Numbered from the stretch's first letter, positions 21,948 to 46,419 are shown. The stretch: 64,000 nucleotides of DNA from the human T2T-CHM13v2.0 reference genome, Homo sapiens (GCF_009914755.1 NC_060941.1); one strand, 5' to 3'. The notes: a model not told the origin generated them from the letters alone. Numbers and translations: made by a program.

Positions 21948-22354
21948 CTGTGGGGAAAGGAGAGAGAAGAACTACTAATAAAGAGTTTGCCATGTTAAAT
22001 AGTATACTGTTTTTTGTTTTTGTTTTTGTTTTTTTTTTGAGACTGAGTCCTGCTCTGTTGCTCAGGCTGGAGTGCAGTGGCACAATCTTGGCTCACTACA
22101 GCCTCTGCCTCCCAGACTCCAGCGATCTTCCCACCTTAGCCTCCCGAGTTGCTAGAACTACAGGTGTGTGCCATGACACCTGGCTGCTATTTGTATTTTT
22201 TTGTAGAGATGGGGGTTTACCATGTTGGCCAGGCTGGTCTAGAACTCCTCAATTCAAGTGATCCACCCACCTCAGCCTCCCAAAGTGCTAGGATTACAGG
22301 CGTGAGCCACTGTGCCCAGCCTGTGGTTGTTTCTGAAGAGTCCTTATCTTTTAG

Positions 22355-22762
<408 letters not shown>

Positions 22763-23360
22763 TGATAGTCATTGCTGCTAGACAAAGGGTGTACCAAAGA
22801 GCACTACGGAATTCTCTTTTTGTATATTTTATTCTATTTGTGTGTGTGTGTGTGTGTGTATACTTTTTTTTTTTTTTTGAGACAGAGTTTTGCTCTTGTC
22901 ACCCAGGCTGGAGTGCAATGGCACGAACGTGGCTCACTGCAACCTCCGCCTCCTGGGTTCTCCTGGGTTCAAGCTGAGGCAGGAGAATTCCCGAGTAGCT
23001 GGGACTACAGCCGTGCACCATTACTGCCTGGCTGCTTTTTTTGTATTTTTAGTAGAGATTGGGTTTCGCCATTTTAGCCAGGCTAGTCTCGAACTCCTGA
23101 CCTCAGGTGATCTGCCCACTCGGCCTCCCACAGTGCTGGGATTACAGGTGTGAGCCAACGCACCCGGCCTGTATATATTTTTAAATGTTCAATTCGTTAT
23201 CAAAAATTGAAATTGATTAAGACCCTGGTTACTGTGGGAACAACCCAGTTCCCTTCTGAACCTGTTGCTCAAATAAAGTGACTGTCAGAAGTGGCCATGG
23301 TACTTTCAGAGCTTTCACAGATAAATCCCCTTCGAGAGGCCTTTCCTGCTTCAATATTTA

Positions 23361-23609
<249 letters not shown>

Positions 23610-23731
23610 CTAAAAGAGACCAAAATAAGTAAATAAAACATATATATGTATATAGATAGACATAATTATATGCATATACAGCTATAAAGCGGATGACAAT
23701 TATTTTTTTCTTTTTTTTTTTTTGAGACTGA

Positions 23732-23884
<153 letters not shown>

Positions 23885-23985
23885 TAGTAGAGATGGGGTT
23901 TCTCCATGTTGGTCAGGCTGGTCTCGAACTCCCGACCTCAGGTGATCTGCCCGCCTTGGCCAAAGTGTTGGGATTACAGGCATGA

Positions 23986-24234
<249 letters not shown>

Positions 24235-24356
24235 TGACCTCAAGTGATCACCGTACCCGCCTTGGGCTCCCAAAGTGCTGGGATTACAGGCATGAGCCAC
24301 CGTGCCCAGCCAACAATTATTTTTCTTAAAACAACAACAAAAAAGACTTATACTTA

Positions 24357-24512
<156 letters not shown>

Positions 24513-24646
24513 CTAAGATTAAAAAGAAAACACCAGAGTTTGAGAACCTTGGAAAAAGATTCAATATACAGTGACTAGGGTTTCTGTACCAGAAAATGCG
24601 GGATGCTGAGGGCAGGGAAGGGGAAAAAGAGAGAACTACCACTGAC

Positions 24647-24752
24647 CTCACTTGCTCGAACAAGGTCAACAGAAGTTAGGTTCCAAGCTACCTCCTTGCT
24701 TTTTCTGTGAATCACTTCTTTTTGAAGGTTTTTTGCAGCAATTTCTACTAAT
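24647..24752 (-). CDS. ACOX1: ACOX1 exon 11 (106 nt)
   Basis: aacag|AT ... GAG|gtcagt; LVEIAAKN...VRASE. Confidence 0.96.
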
Positions 24753-24868
24753 CTGTTAAGACATAGATTGGAGGTCTGAGGAAATGATCAACAGTACTCA
24801 TGCCTTCTTGCCATCTGTCAGGGCCCCAGCCCCACTGCTGCGTATTCTAGCTCTTGAGGGAGAGCTCA

Positions 24869-25210
<342 letters not shown>

Positions 25211-25344
25211 TCAGCCTCCCAAGTAGCTGGGACTACAGGCACCTGCCACCATTCCTGGCTAATTTTTAATATTTTGTTTTTTTAGTAGAGACAGGGTTTT
25301 ACCATGTTGGCCAGGCTGGTCTCTTAACTCCTGACCTCAAGTGA

Positions 25345-25563
<219 letters not shown>

Positions 25564-25924
25564 TAATTTTTTTGTATTTTTTTAGTAGAGACACGGTTTC
25601 ACCATGTTGATCAAGCTGGTCTTGAACTCCTTACCTCATGATCTGCCCACCTCAGCTTCCCAAAGTGCTGGGATTACAGTCATGAGCCACTGTGCCCAGC
25701 CCAGTAACTCTATCCTTGATACAACTGCAAGCTATGTAACAGGTGCTTCATACTCTCTAGCCTCACCACGAAATAAAAACCGTGAGTCAGGATGGAAGGC
25801 AAAAGTATACCTTTCAGGAACAAATATATATATACGGTGAAGAAAAACCATGGGAACAAGAACCTAGGAAAAGGACTAGAACATTCTTATGAACAGATGG
25901 GAGGAATCGAGGATTTGACTCTCA

Positions 25925-26284
<360 letters not shown>

Positions 26285-26563
26285 CTACCCATGCCCATCT
26301 AAGCTGTTCTACTTGGCTAAACATTCACCACTTACATTTCCTTGATTGACAAATAATCAACATGGTACAGTATTTCTGATAACACTAAAAATACTGAACA
26401 ACAAACCCCACAGATCTTCATATCTGATCTACTTTCAACCAGAAGAAGTTCTCAGAATACATACTTCTTTTCAGGAAATACCAACATTTAGTTATCTCTG
26501 GACCTCATCCAACAGGCAACCACGAAACAGAAGGGTGCCCATGAGTGAATGAGACCAAACTCA

Positions 26564-26770
<207 letters not shown>

Positions 26771-26789
26771 TTATACAGAACTTTCTATA

Positions 26790-26950
26790 TGCCAGGTTCT
26801 AATCTAAGCACTTGGTATTTTAACTTATTTAGTCCTCTTAAGGGCACTGTGAGGTAGTTACTATTACTATCTCCATTTTACAAATGGGAAACTGAGAGGT
26901 TAAGAATCTGCCTGAGGTCACACAGCTCGTATGTGGCAGGTCTTAGATTT
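26790..26950 (-). mobile_element. MIR SINE
   Basis: Core-like ccattttacaaatgggaaactgagaggttaag...cctgaggtcacacagct. Confidence 0.75.
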
Positions 26951-27450
26951 AAATTGAGGCTTTTTTTTTTTTTTTTTTTTTTTTGTGATGGAGTCTCCCT
27001 CTGTCACCCAGGCTTTAGTGCAGTGGTGCGATCTTGGCTCACTGCAAGCTCCGCCTCCCAAGTTCAAGCGATTCTCTTGCCTCAGCCTCCCACAGTGGTG
27101 GGATTACAGGCATGAGCCACGGTGCCTAGGCTATTTGGCTCCCTAAGACCATGCTGTAATTACCTTGTACTGCGTAGGCTGACAGAATTTTCTGGCTGCA
27201 AAGTCCATATCTGTCCTAGTCTTTCCAGTATGACTAAGAAAACCGTAGCTCATAGCAACATACAAAACCAACGCTAGTCAACCTAATAAGAAGGCAATGC
27301 CAAAAAGCTCTACTCACCAGATGGCTGAATACATTGTATTTTGACCACAATCTTGGAGAAGACCCAATGGATGGTGTTAAATATTTTGAAGTGTAAGAAT
27401 TAGCAAGGGTCTCATTGTATCAATTCCTTTATTCCTTTTTAAAAATGTAA

Positions 27451-27624
<174 letters not shown>

Positions 27625-28601
27625 TAGTAGACGTGGGGTTTCTCCATGTTGGCCAGGCTGGTCTTGAACTCCTGACTTCAAGTGATCCACCCGCTTTGGC
27701 CTCCCAAAGTGCTGAGATTACAGGCGTGAGCCACTGCGCCTGGCCTTAAAATTTAATTAACTTTTAATTTTTTTGAAAATAGACCAGCCTGGCCAACATG
27801 GCGAAATTCCGTCTCTACTAAAAATACAAAAATTAGCTGGGCATGGTGGCGTGCACCTGTAATCCCAGCTACTCAGGAGGCTGAGACAGGAGAATCACTT
27901 GAACCCAGGGTGGCAGAGACTGCAGCAAGCTGAGATCGCGCCACTGCACTCCAGTCTGGGCAACAGAGTGAGAATCCATCTCAAAAAAAAAAAAAAAAGA
28001 AAAGAAAATAGAGACAGGGTCTCACTATGTTGCTCAAGTTGGCCTCAAACTCCTAGGCTCAAGTAATCTTCTTGCCTTAGCCTCCCAAAGTGCTGGGATT
28101 ACAGGTGTCAGCTACCACACCTGGCCAGTTTCTTTATTCCTTAGGAGTAAAAAGAGTATCAGGGAGTATCAGTGAAAGGCAGTTGTAGGAATAAACTGTG
28201 GCTATGAATGCAAAAGGGAAACAAATTTAATGTCACTTTCACCATGCACAATTTACAGTTGCTAGTAGTAATCAGAACTTTCAAACTGCCTTTAGTGTGT
28301 TGAACATTTCACTTATAAAGTTCAAGTAATATTATTACTATTTTTCTTAAAAAGTTAAAAATAATAAGGTGGGTATTCTCTTTTTTTCTTTTTTGGCAGT
28401 CACTGATTATAGCAAGGGTGGTTATTTCTGTCTTTCCTCTTAAGAAAAGGAAGCCTAGATATGAAATTACAGGCCCAGTTATCACCCTAGCCAATTTTGC
28501 AGTGCTAATGCATCTTCTGTATTGACATTTGGGAATTCTGGGATCTGAATGGGGTAAAAACTAGGCCTTTGGTACTGAGCCCATCTAGGACCCTATCCTT
28601 A

Positions 28602-29013
<412 letters not shown>

Positions 29014-29511
29014 GTTTAGCAAATCAAAATATGTCCTTCAACCCTGACAACTGTTTCTGATTTCACTGTCGCAGTAAAAGAAGCATCAGAGTGGGCGTGA
29101 TGGCTCACGCCTGTAATCCCAGCACTTTGGGAGGCCAAGGCAGACAGATCAAGAGGTCAGGAATTCGAGACCAGCCTGACCAACATGGTGAAACCCCATC
29201 TCTACTAAAAATACAAAAATTAGCTGCGTGTGGTGGCACGTGCCTGTAATCCCAGCTACTCAGGAGCTGAGACAGGAGAATCGCTTAAACCTGGGAGGCG
29301 GAGGTTTCAGTGAGCTGAGATTGCGCCACTGCACTCCAGCCTGGGTGACAGAGCAAGACTCTGTCTCAAAAAAAAAAAAAAACCAAAAAATGCTGGGTGC
29401 GGTGGCTCATGCCTGTAATCCTAGCACTTTGGGAGGCCGAGGCAAGAGGGTCCCCTGAGGTCAGGAGTTTGAGACCAGCCTGGCCAACAGGGTGAAACCC
29501 CACCTCTACTA

Positions 29512-29670
<159 letters not shown>

Positions 29671-30005
29671 TCAAAAAAAAAAAAAAGGGGCATCAGAAGG
29701 AAAAATGCATTATTAGCTCCTTTTTTTTTTTTTTTTTTTTTGAGACAGAGTCTCGCTGTATTGCCTAGGCTGGAGTGCAGTGGTGTGATCTCGACTTACT
29801 GCAACCTCTGCCTCCTGGGTTCAAGCGATTCTCCTGCCTCAGCCTCCTGAGTAGCTGAGATTACAGGCGTGTGCCATCACACCCGGCTAATCTTTGTATT
29901 TTTAGTAGAGACAGGTTTTCACCATATTGGTCAGGCTGGTCTTGAATTCCTGACCTTATGATCCATCCTCCTTGGCCTCCCAAAGTGCTGGGACTACAGG
30001 CATGA

Positions 30006-30256
<251 letters not shown>

Positions 30257-30717
30257 TGATCTTCCCGCCTCAGCCTCCCAAAAGTGCTGGAATTACAGGT
30301 GTGAGCCACTGCGCCCAGCCTCCTTTTTTTTTTTGAGACAAGGTCTCACTGTCATCTAGGCTGGAGTACGGTGGCATAATCACAGCTCACTGTAGCCTCG
30401 GCCTCCCAGGCTCAAGTGATCCTCCCACCCCAGTCTCCCAAGTAGCTGGGACTACACACGTGTGCCACCATACCCAGCTAGATTTTTTTACTTTTTGTAG
30501 AGATGGGTTCTCACTATGTTGCCCAGACTGATCTTGAGCTCCTGGGCTCAAGTCATCCACGCACTCAGCCTCCCAAAGTGCTGGGATAACAGGAATATGC
30601 CAGTGTGCCCTGCTGTTATTACCTTCTAAAAGAACAGACCATTCTAACCCTATTGTGAGTAACAGCCACTCAACTCCACTGTTTGATGCCTCTGCTTTAT
30701 TTTCTATCAAAACATAC

Positions 30718-30833
30718 CTGGGCATACTTCATCAGCATGTTTTCTCTGGGAATACGATGGTTGTCCATTTTGAGGTAGCCATTGTCTATCTCATCATAAC
30801 CAAATTTGGGGCCGATGTCACCAACGGTAATTC
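30718..30833 (-). CDS. ACOX1: ACOX1 exon 6 (116 nt; [20 protein letters not shown]...MKYAQ)
   Basis: ggtag|GA ... CAG|gtatgt; GDIGPKFG...DNG motif; Asn237 codon (AAT) intact. Confidence 0.97.
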
Positions 30834-30917
30834 CTACCACAGATGAAAGGACAGTCACGAGATGTTTATGCTCTGGAATTTCTGGCTTTTGCTCCGCCTC
30901 TTCAGTTGGGCATTCTA

Positions 30918-31139
<222 letters not shown>

Positions 31140-31527
31140 TCATACATTTTTAAAGGGTAGAAAAAAGAAGAAAGAATATGTTAAATCTAACACTAGACTA
31201 AACCAATAGTATGTGTCCAGAAAGCCTTTCTGCTGACAGCATCACACCTAGCTTTCAGAAAGAAATTCCCTTAAGCTAATAGTTATTACTTTCTTTTCTA
31301 CTTATTTCTCATACATTTACGTAGAGAAAATTTTAGGATAAAAATAAGAATATTAATTTAAACTACTTCCTTGTTATCCCTTAAGGCAGTGCTGTCCAAA
31401 ACAGTAATCACTAGCTACATGTGGCTTCTTACATATAAATTATAAATAAATAAAATATATAATGTGAATAACAAAATCCTTCAACCACTAACTGTATTGG
31501 AAATATATATTCCAAGATAATAACTCA

Positions 31528-31916
<389 letters not shown>

Positions 31917-32061
31917 TCACCCAGGCTGGAGTGCAGTGGCATGATCACAGATAGTAGCTCACTGCAGGCTTGAACTCTTGGGCTCAAGTGGTCCTCCCAC
32001 CTCAGCCTCCTGAGTAGCCAGGACTATAGGTCTACAGGTATGTGCCGCTATGCCTGGCTTT

Positions 32062-32063
<2 letters not shown>

Positions 32064-32150
<87 letters not shown>

Positions 32151-32210
32151 CTCTCTCTGTCTATATACACACACACACACCCCTCTATGTACACACACCA
32201 CACACACATA
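32064..32210. repeat. Compound microsatellite (CT)n(AT)n(AC)n, derived from Alu A-rich sequence
   Basis: Seen directly. Confidence 0.95.
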
Positions 32211-32583
32211 TATTTGTTTGTTGGGTTGTTTTTGAGACAAAGTCTTGCTGTGATGCCCAGGCTGGAGTGCAATGGTGCAATCTTGGCTCATTGCAACCTT
32301 CCCGGGTTCAAGTGATTCTCCTGCCTCAGCCTCCCAAGTAGCTGGGACTACAGGTGTGCGCCACCACACCCGGCTAATTTTTGTATTTTTAGTAGAGATG
32401 GGGTTTCAGCATATTAACCAGGCTGGTCTTGAATTCCTGACCTCAAGTGATCCGCCCACCTCAGCCTCCCAAAGTGTTAGGATTTCACCACCAAGTCTGG
32501 CCGACATTATCATAAAAGCTCTACATTCTAAGCAAAATCTCATGACAAACCTTCAAAACATCCAATAAATGCTGAAAAATTCA

Positions 32584-32709
<126 letters not shown>

Positions 32710-33265
32710 TTACATTGACTTCAGTTAAGAGATGGGGAAAAAAATAGGCACAAGGAAAAATTTCCTGCACAGTCCTTTAAACTCTCATATCTCAGAGAAA
32801 AACAAAATCTAACAAAAAACACCTGTAGATGAGCTACAACTGGTTGATAACCAAGACACTGAATTTCCCACACTATCTGATGGTTTCCTATTAAGTTGAA
32901 AATCTGAGTGTCATGCATGTTCCATTTCTGTATTTGATTTGTTACATTTATTTACAGCAACTGAAAGAAAATATAAAGGCAACTTAGAATCACATTTTTA
33001 AGATCACAATATATGAATTTAACAGGGATGTTAACTGTCTTTTTAAACCCATCTCTGAGTTGCAAGTATGCCAATTTCAAGTCATATGTATTGTGTTAAC
33101 CACACCAATTCAACATTCTTGAATTCTGTACTAATGAGAAGAATGAGATAACATGTGAGAGGAAGACATTTCAGCCAAAATTCGTATAAATTAAAAATGT
33201 ATGGCTGTGCGTGGTGGCTCATGCCTGTAATCCCAGCACTTTAGGAGGCCGAGGCGGGTGGATCA

Positions 33266-33584
<319 letters not shown>

Positions 33585-33750
33585 TCAGGAGATTGAGACC
33601 ATCCTGGCTAAAGTGGTGAAACCCCGTCTCTACTAAAAAAACAACAAAAAAATTAAAGCTGGGCACGGTGGCTCACGCCTGTAATCCCAGCACTTTGGGG
33701 GGCCAAGGCGGGCGGATCACAAAGTCAGGAGATCGAGACCATCCTGGTTA

Positions 33751-34035
<285 letters not shown>

Positions 34036-35234
34036 TCAGTTGACCCTAGAGATTTCCAATGGCAGGCCTAACTTAGTCCTGCTGGTTCATTAATGTGGCA
34101 AGGAAGAGTTTCCAGTTTCTTATGTGTACTGGGATAGACAGGATCTTATGTTTTAAATCTTAACACAAATATATCAAAATTATTTGAAAAGAGTCATAGA
34201 AAAATGTTCTAGGTGGCAGTCTCTACAAAAATACTGTACTAAAGCAAACGTTGGGAACCTTTTACCAATCTGCTTTCATAACGCTTAGACCTCATTAAAC
34301 ACACTTTGAAACATTTAGAAGCTTCCAAGTTGAATAACCAACTTATGTGCAATCCACAACTTTCCCGAGTGGGAGTCAACAAATCAGACACAGACATCTT
34401 TCATCAAAGAAGCAGCTTTTACAGAAAAGCAGATAACATTAAACAGAACAGATAAGGACAAAATGTTTTCAAAAGCACAACTGAAACAAATAGTATTCCA
34501 CTTGGAGTCTCATGAAAATCCTGTAAAATACTATTCAACACCAAATAAAAAGCAGCAGCTGTATAGAAATAAGGAGCAAGTGGCAAATACACACTAGACC
34601 AGTTTTTCTGAAACGTCAGAGCAGAAAAAGAGAAGCCATAAGCAAATGAATGGCAAACACGGACCCAATTCAGAGAAGATACAAAGAGGAACAGCGGCCA
34701 CCTCCAGCCCACCCAGGTGCATGAAGAAAGCAGGTGGGGGGTGGAAAGATCAATGAAAGGTGGAGATACAGAGTCTGAAACCAAATGCCTGCAAGTTCGG
34801 CTTATCTTGGTTTTTTCACTCTCCAGCCAAGTCACTTGCAGAACTACTGATTGACTCAAAGTACAAATAACTCCAAAATGTCACACACGTCAGTTATAAG
34901 CTACTCATTTCCCTCAAGCAAATCCAAGAGTACACAAACTATTATTTGTATTTCTTCTGGAATTTGTACTCATTAAGGTATCAGTAGTAAAGGTAATCAG
35001 ATAGTAATGAAGAAAAAAACAGCTTCGGGTTGTATATGCACACAGATTCTATACAACCTCAGTAACATTGAAAAACCACTTGGTAAATAAGGCCTGATTT
35101 GCAATTCTTGACCCTCTGAAGGGGAACTATGGTATAAAAAGGACAATCATTTTATCAGTATCATGGTCTTTAATTCCCACTCACCAAAGCAGTGTTTATA
35201 CCAAAACCTGGACTCTGCAGAAAGAGCTCATTTA

Positions 35235-35570
<336 letters not shown>

Positions 35571-35893
35571 TTAAATAGAGCAAGGGAAGGAGACAAAAAA
35601 ACCTTAAGTATGAATTAGTTGCGTGCACTTAATCATAGATGGGAGCACTGTCCCTTTCTGTATTACTTTATAGCTCTTGTTAATTTCCATTTTTCCTGAG
35701 TCGGCAAGGAGTACGAGGACAGGGATTGGTTACTGATTCCAAAGCCAATGCAGCACAAAACCACACGTGCAAGGCAGAGGATCCTCGCCCAGGAATTAAA
35801 TCAAAGGAAATAAAGAAAATTTGAGAGGCCAGTGCAGTGGATCATGCCTACAATCTCAGCACTTTGGGAGGCCAAGGCGGTCAGATCACCTTA

Positions 35894-36106
<213 letters not shown>

Positions 36107-36221
36107 TCAAAAAAAATAAATAAATAAATAAGAGAGAATTGGCCAGGTGCAGTGGCTCCCACCTATAATCTCAGCACTCTGAGAGGCCGAGGTGGGTGGA
36201 TCACCTGAGGTCAGGAGTTCA

Positions 36222-37219
<998 letters not shown>

Positions 37220-37924
37220 TCATTTCATTCAGATTCATCATGTCAAATATTCGGCCACGCTCTACTGAAACACTTTAATACAAAAACTGACAGTGCTCTT
37301 CATCCCAATAATTTATTTCAGAAATTAAAAAAGACATGCAATTTCTAGTGAAGACCATAATAACGACAAGTTACAGATTCATGCATAAGCTCTCCGTGAC
37401 AATTATACAGAAATTATCATTAATGATAATAAACAGCTTTATTAGTTTTAAATCAACTTTCTGGGGTCATTCTTTTCCACTTAAAACGTGCAGGGGACAG
37501 GATTCTGTGTGAATTTTTGCTAGGGATAGGAAGTCGTTCTATAGGCCTTTGCATTTTTCCACATTACTGGTATTCTGTGTAATTGCCAGCTCCAAATCCG
37601 TCAACTCCATATTGCTCTTATCATTCTATGTGTCTTTGAAATGAGCATAAATGACAGTTCAGTTTTTAAATTGCTGTTTGTTCCTTGCAAGGTAGGGAGG
37701 AAAAGAACCAGGGCACACTGCTCAGACAAGTGCTAATCAATGACTTCTTCCAATCTAGTGGCTAGGCTTTCAGCTAAGCAATCACACTTTAGAAAAAGAA
37801 AAATCAAAGTATGTGTGACTGAATCCCTCATTTTACAGAGGAGAAATTAAGGCTGAGATGAATTAAATGCCTTGCTCAGGGAAAAAAGAAAATGGCAAAA
37901 CAAGGACAAGAATCTCGTCACCAT

Positions 37925-38465
<541 letters not shown>

Positions 38466-38718
38466 AAGAACCACCTTGTCACCTCGTCCTGTCTCCTAGC
38501 TGGGGAAATTACTGCACAAGCATAGCATGGACTAAAGACTGTGACTGCAGGCCGGGCGCGGTGGCTCACACCTGTAATCCCAGCACTTTGGGAGGCCAAG
38601 GTGGGCGGATCATGAGATCAGGAGATCGAGACCATCCTGGCCAACAAGGTGAAACCCCTCTCTACTAAAAATACAAAAATTAGCCAGGTGTGGCAGCGCC
38701 AGCCTCTAATCCCAGCTA

Positions 38719-38823
<105 letters not shown>

Positions 38824-38994
38824 CTAAAAAAAAAAAAAGACTGTGACTGTAATGAAGATGCTAAAAAGACATGCTGAAAAAGCCAGGGCTGTCCTTAGAA
38901 GCCTCAAAAATGGAAATCCCACAAGGTGTCACCACTGGTAGAGACTCCGTGACGGGTTCACAGGGTTTCCTGGTACTATTTTTGTAACTTCCTA

Positions 38995-39204
<210 letters not shown>

Positions 39205-40248
39205 TCAGGAGGGTGAGGCACGAGAATTGCTTGAACCTGGGAGGCAGAGGTTGCAGTGAGCCAAGATCGCACCACTGCATTCTAGCCTGGGGGACAAGAC
39301 TCCATCTCAAAAAAAAAAAAAAAAAAAAATTAATAGCGGAAATCCCAAGAAAAACACATTCATGGGATGAGAGTGCCTTTCACTCAAACAGAAATGTCAA
39401 CTGTCCCCAGCCTTTTGAGTACTGTCTAGGAAGAAAATTCAATGTGCACTTAGAACCTGGAAGGTGAAAACTGAGTTAGGACTGAAACCTGGGACCAGAC
39501 ACTTTTCATGCTTTTATGGAAGGTTATTTTACTTCACTAGAAATCAGAGCAATTCCTGGTGAAGGAAAGGCCACTATCAAGCACCCATCAGCCTCTGGAA
39601 GATTTACATCTGAGTGTACCACAGAGTGAAGATGCACGCTAAGGGTTACAACAAATGCGCTCAGTAGGGCAGGGGTAAAACCACTATAATCACAAATGGT
39701 TCTGACACTAAAGAATGTTTTCAGGAAAAAAATATTTCTTCCAAATAAGACAAGGATTATTCAGATGTGGATGAAATTTAGAAATGTTACAAGGAGAAAG
39801 TGAACTGCATAGTTTTTTGACTTAAGCCAAGTATTTGTTTTAAAAGCTGCTTATGCATGATAAAGATATTATTTTTAAATAATTTATCGTAAAATTACGA
39901 AGCACCAACATTATACTTAGTGAAGGGCTAGAGTCAGCTCTTTTAAAACCAAAACATCAAAAGGCATCCCCAGCCTCTCTTTCCACATGATACAAGGCTG
40001 GAAAGGCTGACAATCAATACTGAGGAAAAACCAATTAGACTAATCATATATGAGAAAGGAAGAAATAAAAAGCAGCTCTGTAGAAAGCATGAGTATCATC
40101 CTAGGAAATCAATAATGTCAACAAAATACCACAATAAGTGAATTGAGAAAAGCTGCAGGCTATAAGGGAAAAAAAATTAACAGCACTCAGGCGTGGTGGC
40201 TCACACCTGTTAATACCAGCACTTTGAGAGGCCGAGGAGGGCGCATCA

Positions 40249-40572
<324 letters not shown>

Positions 40573-41040
40573 TCAATATAAAACTAACTTAAAATTCCAG
40601 ATAGAGAAGGAGAAAAACACATTTAATTCCTGTAGAATTTTTTTTTAGAACCTGACAGATTCAGATCAGAATTCATCTAGAATAAGCAAGCTTAAATACC
40701 AAATACACGTATCTTGAAATGTAACAACAGTAGGCTTATCCTATCAGATTTTTAAATACCTTACAAGCCTGGGCAACACAGCAAGATCCTATCTCTACTA
40801 AAAATTTAAAAAATCAACTGGGCGCGGTGTCACGAGCCCATACTCTCAACTACTCGGGAGACTGAGGCAGGAGGATCCCTTCAGTCTAGGAGATCAAGGC
40901 TGCAGTGAGCTATGATCAAACCTCTGCACTCCAGCCTGGGCAGCAGAGCAAGAACCCGTCTTTCAAAAATAAAAATATGCCAGGCCCAGTGGCTCACTCC
41001 TGTAATCCCAGCACTTCGGGAGGCTGAGGCAGGCAGATCA

Positions 41041-41667
<627 letters not shown>

Positions 41668-41770
41668 TCACGCCTGTAATCCCAGCATTCTGGGAGGCCG
41701 AGGTGGGTGAATCACGAGGTCAGGAGTTTGAGACCAGCCTGGCCAACATGGTGAAACCTCGTCTCTACTA

Positions 41771-41938
<168 letters not shown>

Positions 41939-42715
41939 TTATAAAGCACCAGTGGTCAAAATTTATGTTAGAAGAAAAACAAAGAAAGAAATAAACCTAT
42001 CAATGTAATATATTTAAGGTTCCAGAAATAAATTTAACCTATTATAAAACTCTAAGACAAACCAGAAAGGACATAATGGGAATAAGATAATAATGGGAAA
42101 AAGCCACTAGTTAACAATGAACATTAGAAATCTCGGAAGCTGCGCCACTGCACCCCAGCCTGGGTGACAGAGTGAGACTCTTGTCTCTCAAAAAAAAGAA
42201 AAAAGAAGTACAAAAAAAAAAAATCTAGAAAACCATGAGATTCATTCTCACTCTGTATCATATACAAGTCAAATCATTAAACAGAAACCAAACAAAAATA
42301 TTAGAAGAAAACAGAAGAGGCCGGGCGTGGTGGCTCACGCCTGTAATCCTAGCACTTTGGGAGACCGAGGCGGGTGGATCACAAGGTCAGGAGATCGAGA
42401 CCATCCTGACCAACATGGTGAAACCCCATCTCTACTAAAAATACAAAAATTAGCTGGGTGTGGTGGTGGGCACCTGTGATCCCAGCTACTCGGGAGGCTG
42501 AGCCAGGAGAATGGCTTTGAACCCAGGAGGCAGAGGTTACAGTGAGCCAAGATGATGCCACTGCACTCCAGCCTGGTGACAGAGGAAGACTATGTCTCAA
42601 AAAAAAAAACCCAGAAGAAAACTATCCAAGTTATGGAAAAGATAAAATTTATACCTATGCAGAGAAGGATGTGTTAAATATATAAAGCAAAAACGTTTAG
42701 CAAAGCAGAAAATAA

Positions 42716-43033
<318 letters not shown>

Positions 43034-43043
43034 TAATTTTTAG

Positions 43044-43259
<216 letters not shown>

Positions 43260-43284
43260 TAAGTGTTAGAAATATATTAAAGTA

Positions 43285-43762
<478 letters not shown>

Positions 43763-44315
43763 TTAAAGTAGGCCATGTGCAGTGGCTCATGCCTGTAATC
43801 CCAGCACTTTGGGAGGCTGAAGCGGGCGGATCACCTGAGGTCAGGAGTTCAAGACCAGCCTGACCAACATGGAGAAACCCCGTCTCTACTAAAAATACAA
43901 AAGTAGCCGGGCGTGGTGGCGCATGCCTGTAATCCCAGCTACTCAGGAGGCCGAGGGAGGAGAATCGCTTGAATGCGGGAGGCGGAAGTTGCGGTGAGCC
44001 GAGATCACGCCACTGCACTCCAGCCTGAGCAACAAGAGCAAAACTCCGTCTCAAAAAAAAAAAAAAAGAAATATGTTAAAGTAGCAAAATAAATTAAAGT
44101 GACCACGTTGATGGAGCTGTGGAAATACAGGTACAGAGCTTGCTCAATATATTGTCAACTGGTTCTGTGTTTCAGGAAAAGCCTCAAACTATGCAGCAAA
44201 AGCTCTAAAATGCTCATGTCCCTCAATATAGTAATTCATTTCTGAGAGGTATTCCAGAAGTATGACCCCAAAGAATACAGCGTCTTATTTATTTATTTAT
44301 TTATTTATTTTTTGA

Positions 44316-44474
<159 letters not shown>

Positions 44475-44908
44475 TAGTAGGGACGGGGTTTCTCCATGTT
44501 GGTCAGGCTGGTCTCGAACTCCCGACCTCAGGTGATCCACCCACGCTGGCCTCCCAAAGTGCTGGGATTACAGGCGTGAGCCACCGTGCCTGGCCAGAAC
44601 ACAGCTTTCATAAAGTTTATATTATTATCACTAATATTGGTGAAATTTAGCCCAAATCCCCAGGGAAGCAAGTCTCATGAGAAGTCCAACAGGGAAGAGA
44701 ATCACTTGGGCAGAGGGAAGAGGAGACTGTTAAGCCTAGGGAGAGAGGGCAACGGAGTGCGGTAAAGACTGATGACTTAAAAATCAAGTTTACTACCTCT
44801 TTCCAGTTTCAAAGAAAGGTGCATTATTTCATATTTAAGTGTTAATGATGGCAATTTGCCAGGATACTGCATCAGCTTCAAGGATAACTATGTATCATAC
44901 AATCTCTA

Positions 44909-45205
<297 letters not shown>

Positions 45206-46257
45206 TCAGGAGGCTGAGGCAGGAGAATCACTTCAACCAGGGGGAGGTGGAGGTTGCAGTGAGCCGAGATTGTACCATTGCACCACTCCAGCTTGGGCAA
45301 CATGAGACTCCTTCAAAAAAAAAAAAAAAAAGAGGAAGGAAGGAAGGAAGTGAGCAAGCAAGCAAACAAGGAAAACAAAGCAAGAAGAATCTCCAGAAAT
45401 GGCCACATCTTGAAATGATTACATATCTGTGAAGAGCAAACAAACGACCTGTTTTGTGGCCTAAAGAAACATATGGTCAGGATGATAACATGGACCCAGT
45501 TCCCCAGGCTGTTCCTTTGATCCCAGAACTCCAGGGAGGTGAGCCTATCACCCAGGTTCAGGCCTCTGCCTTTGATTATGGCTCCCAGACCCACAGGGCA
45601 GGTGTATATCCGAGTTTCTTCGTGTCCTTAGAGGAAAGAAGACACACTCTAGAAAGAAGGATAATGCTGGTGACTGAGACTTTCTGTAGGTGACTGAATT
45701 TTAGGATTTGGAAGGAACATGGAGTGAACCTGAATACTTCTGAGCCCCTTCACTTCTCAGCAGCTACCCAGAAGTGAAAGAATCCCAAACCCAAAGTTAC
45801 AGCTACTTCTGTGAGACCGCGTTAGATAATCACTGTTCACTGTTGATCCATTTTCCAAAGTCTCAGAATTTAAATAGTTAGATCTCATTCTATATAAGCT
45901 GCTCTATTGCCGATCTCCTGGACGTTGACTTTTTGTGTATTCCATATAAGATAAAACCGTCACGTGATGCAAATTAACCAACCTGACTTATTTCCAAGGA
46001 AAAGATCAGTCATCAACCAAGAACAGCAATATGAATTAGCAAAATTCCAGCAAGAAAAAAGACTAATCTTAGGACACTGTTCTCTAAACCACAGAGATTA
46101 AGACAACGTTGGTTTAAATACAAGAAAATACCCAAAACTAGCTGGGCATGATGGCTCACGCCTATAATCCCAGCACTTTGGGAGGCCGAGGCGGGCAGAT
46201 CACCTAAGGTCGGGAGTTCGAGACCAGCCTGACCAACATGGAGAAACCCCGTCTCTA

Positions 46258-46419
<162 letters not shown>
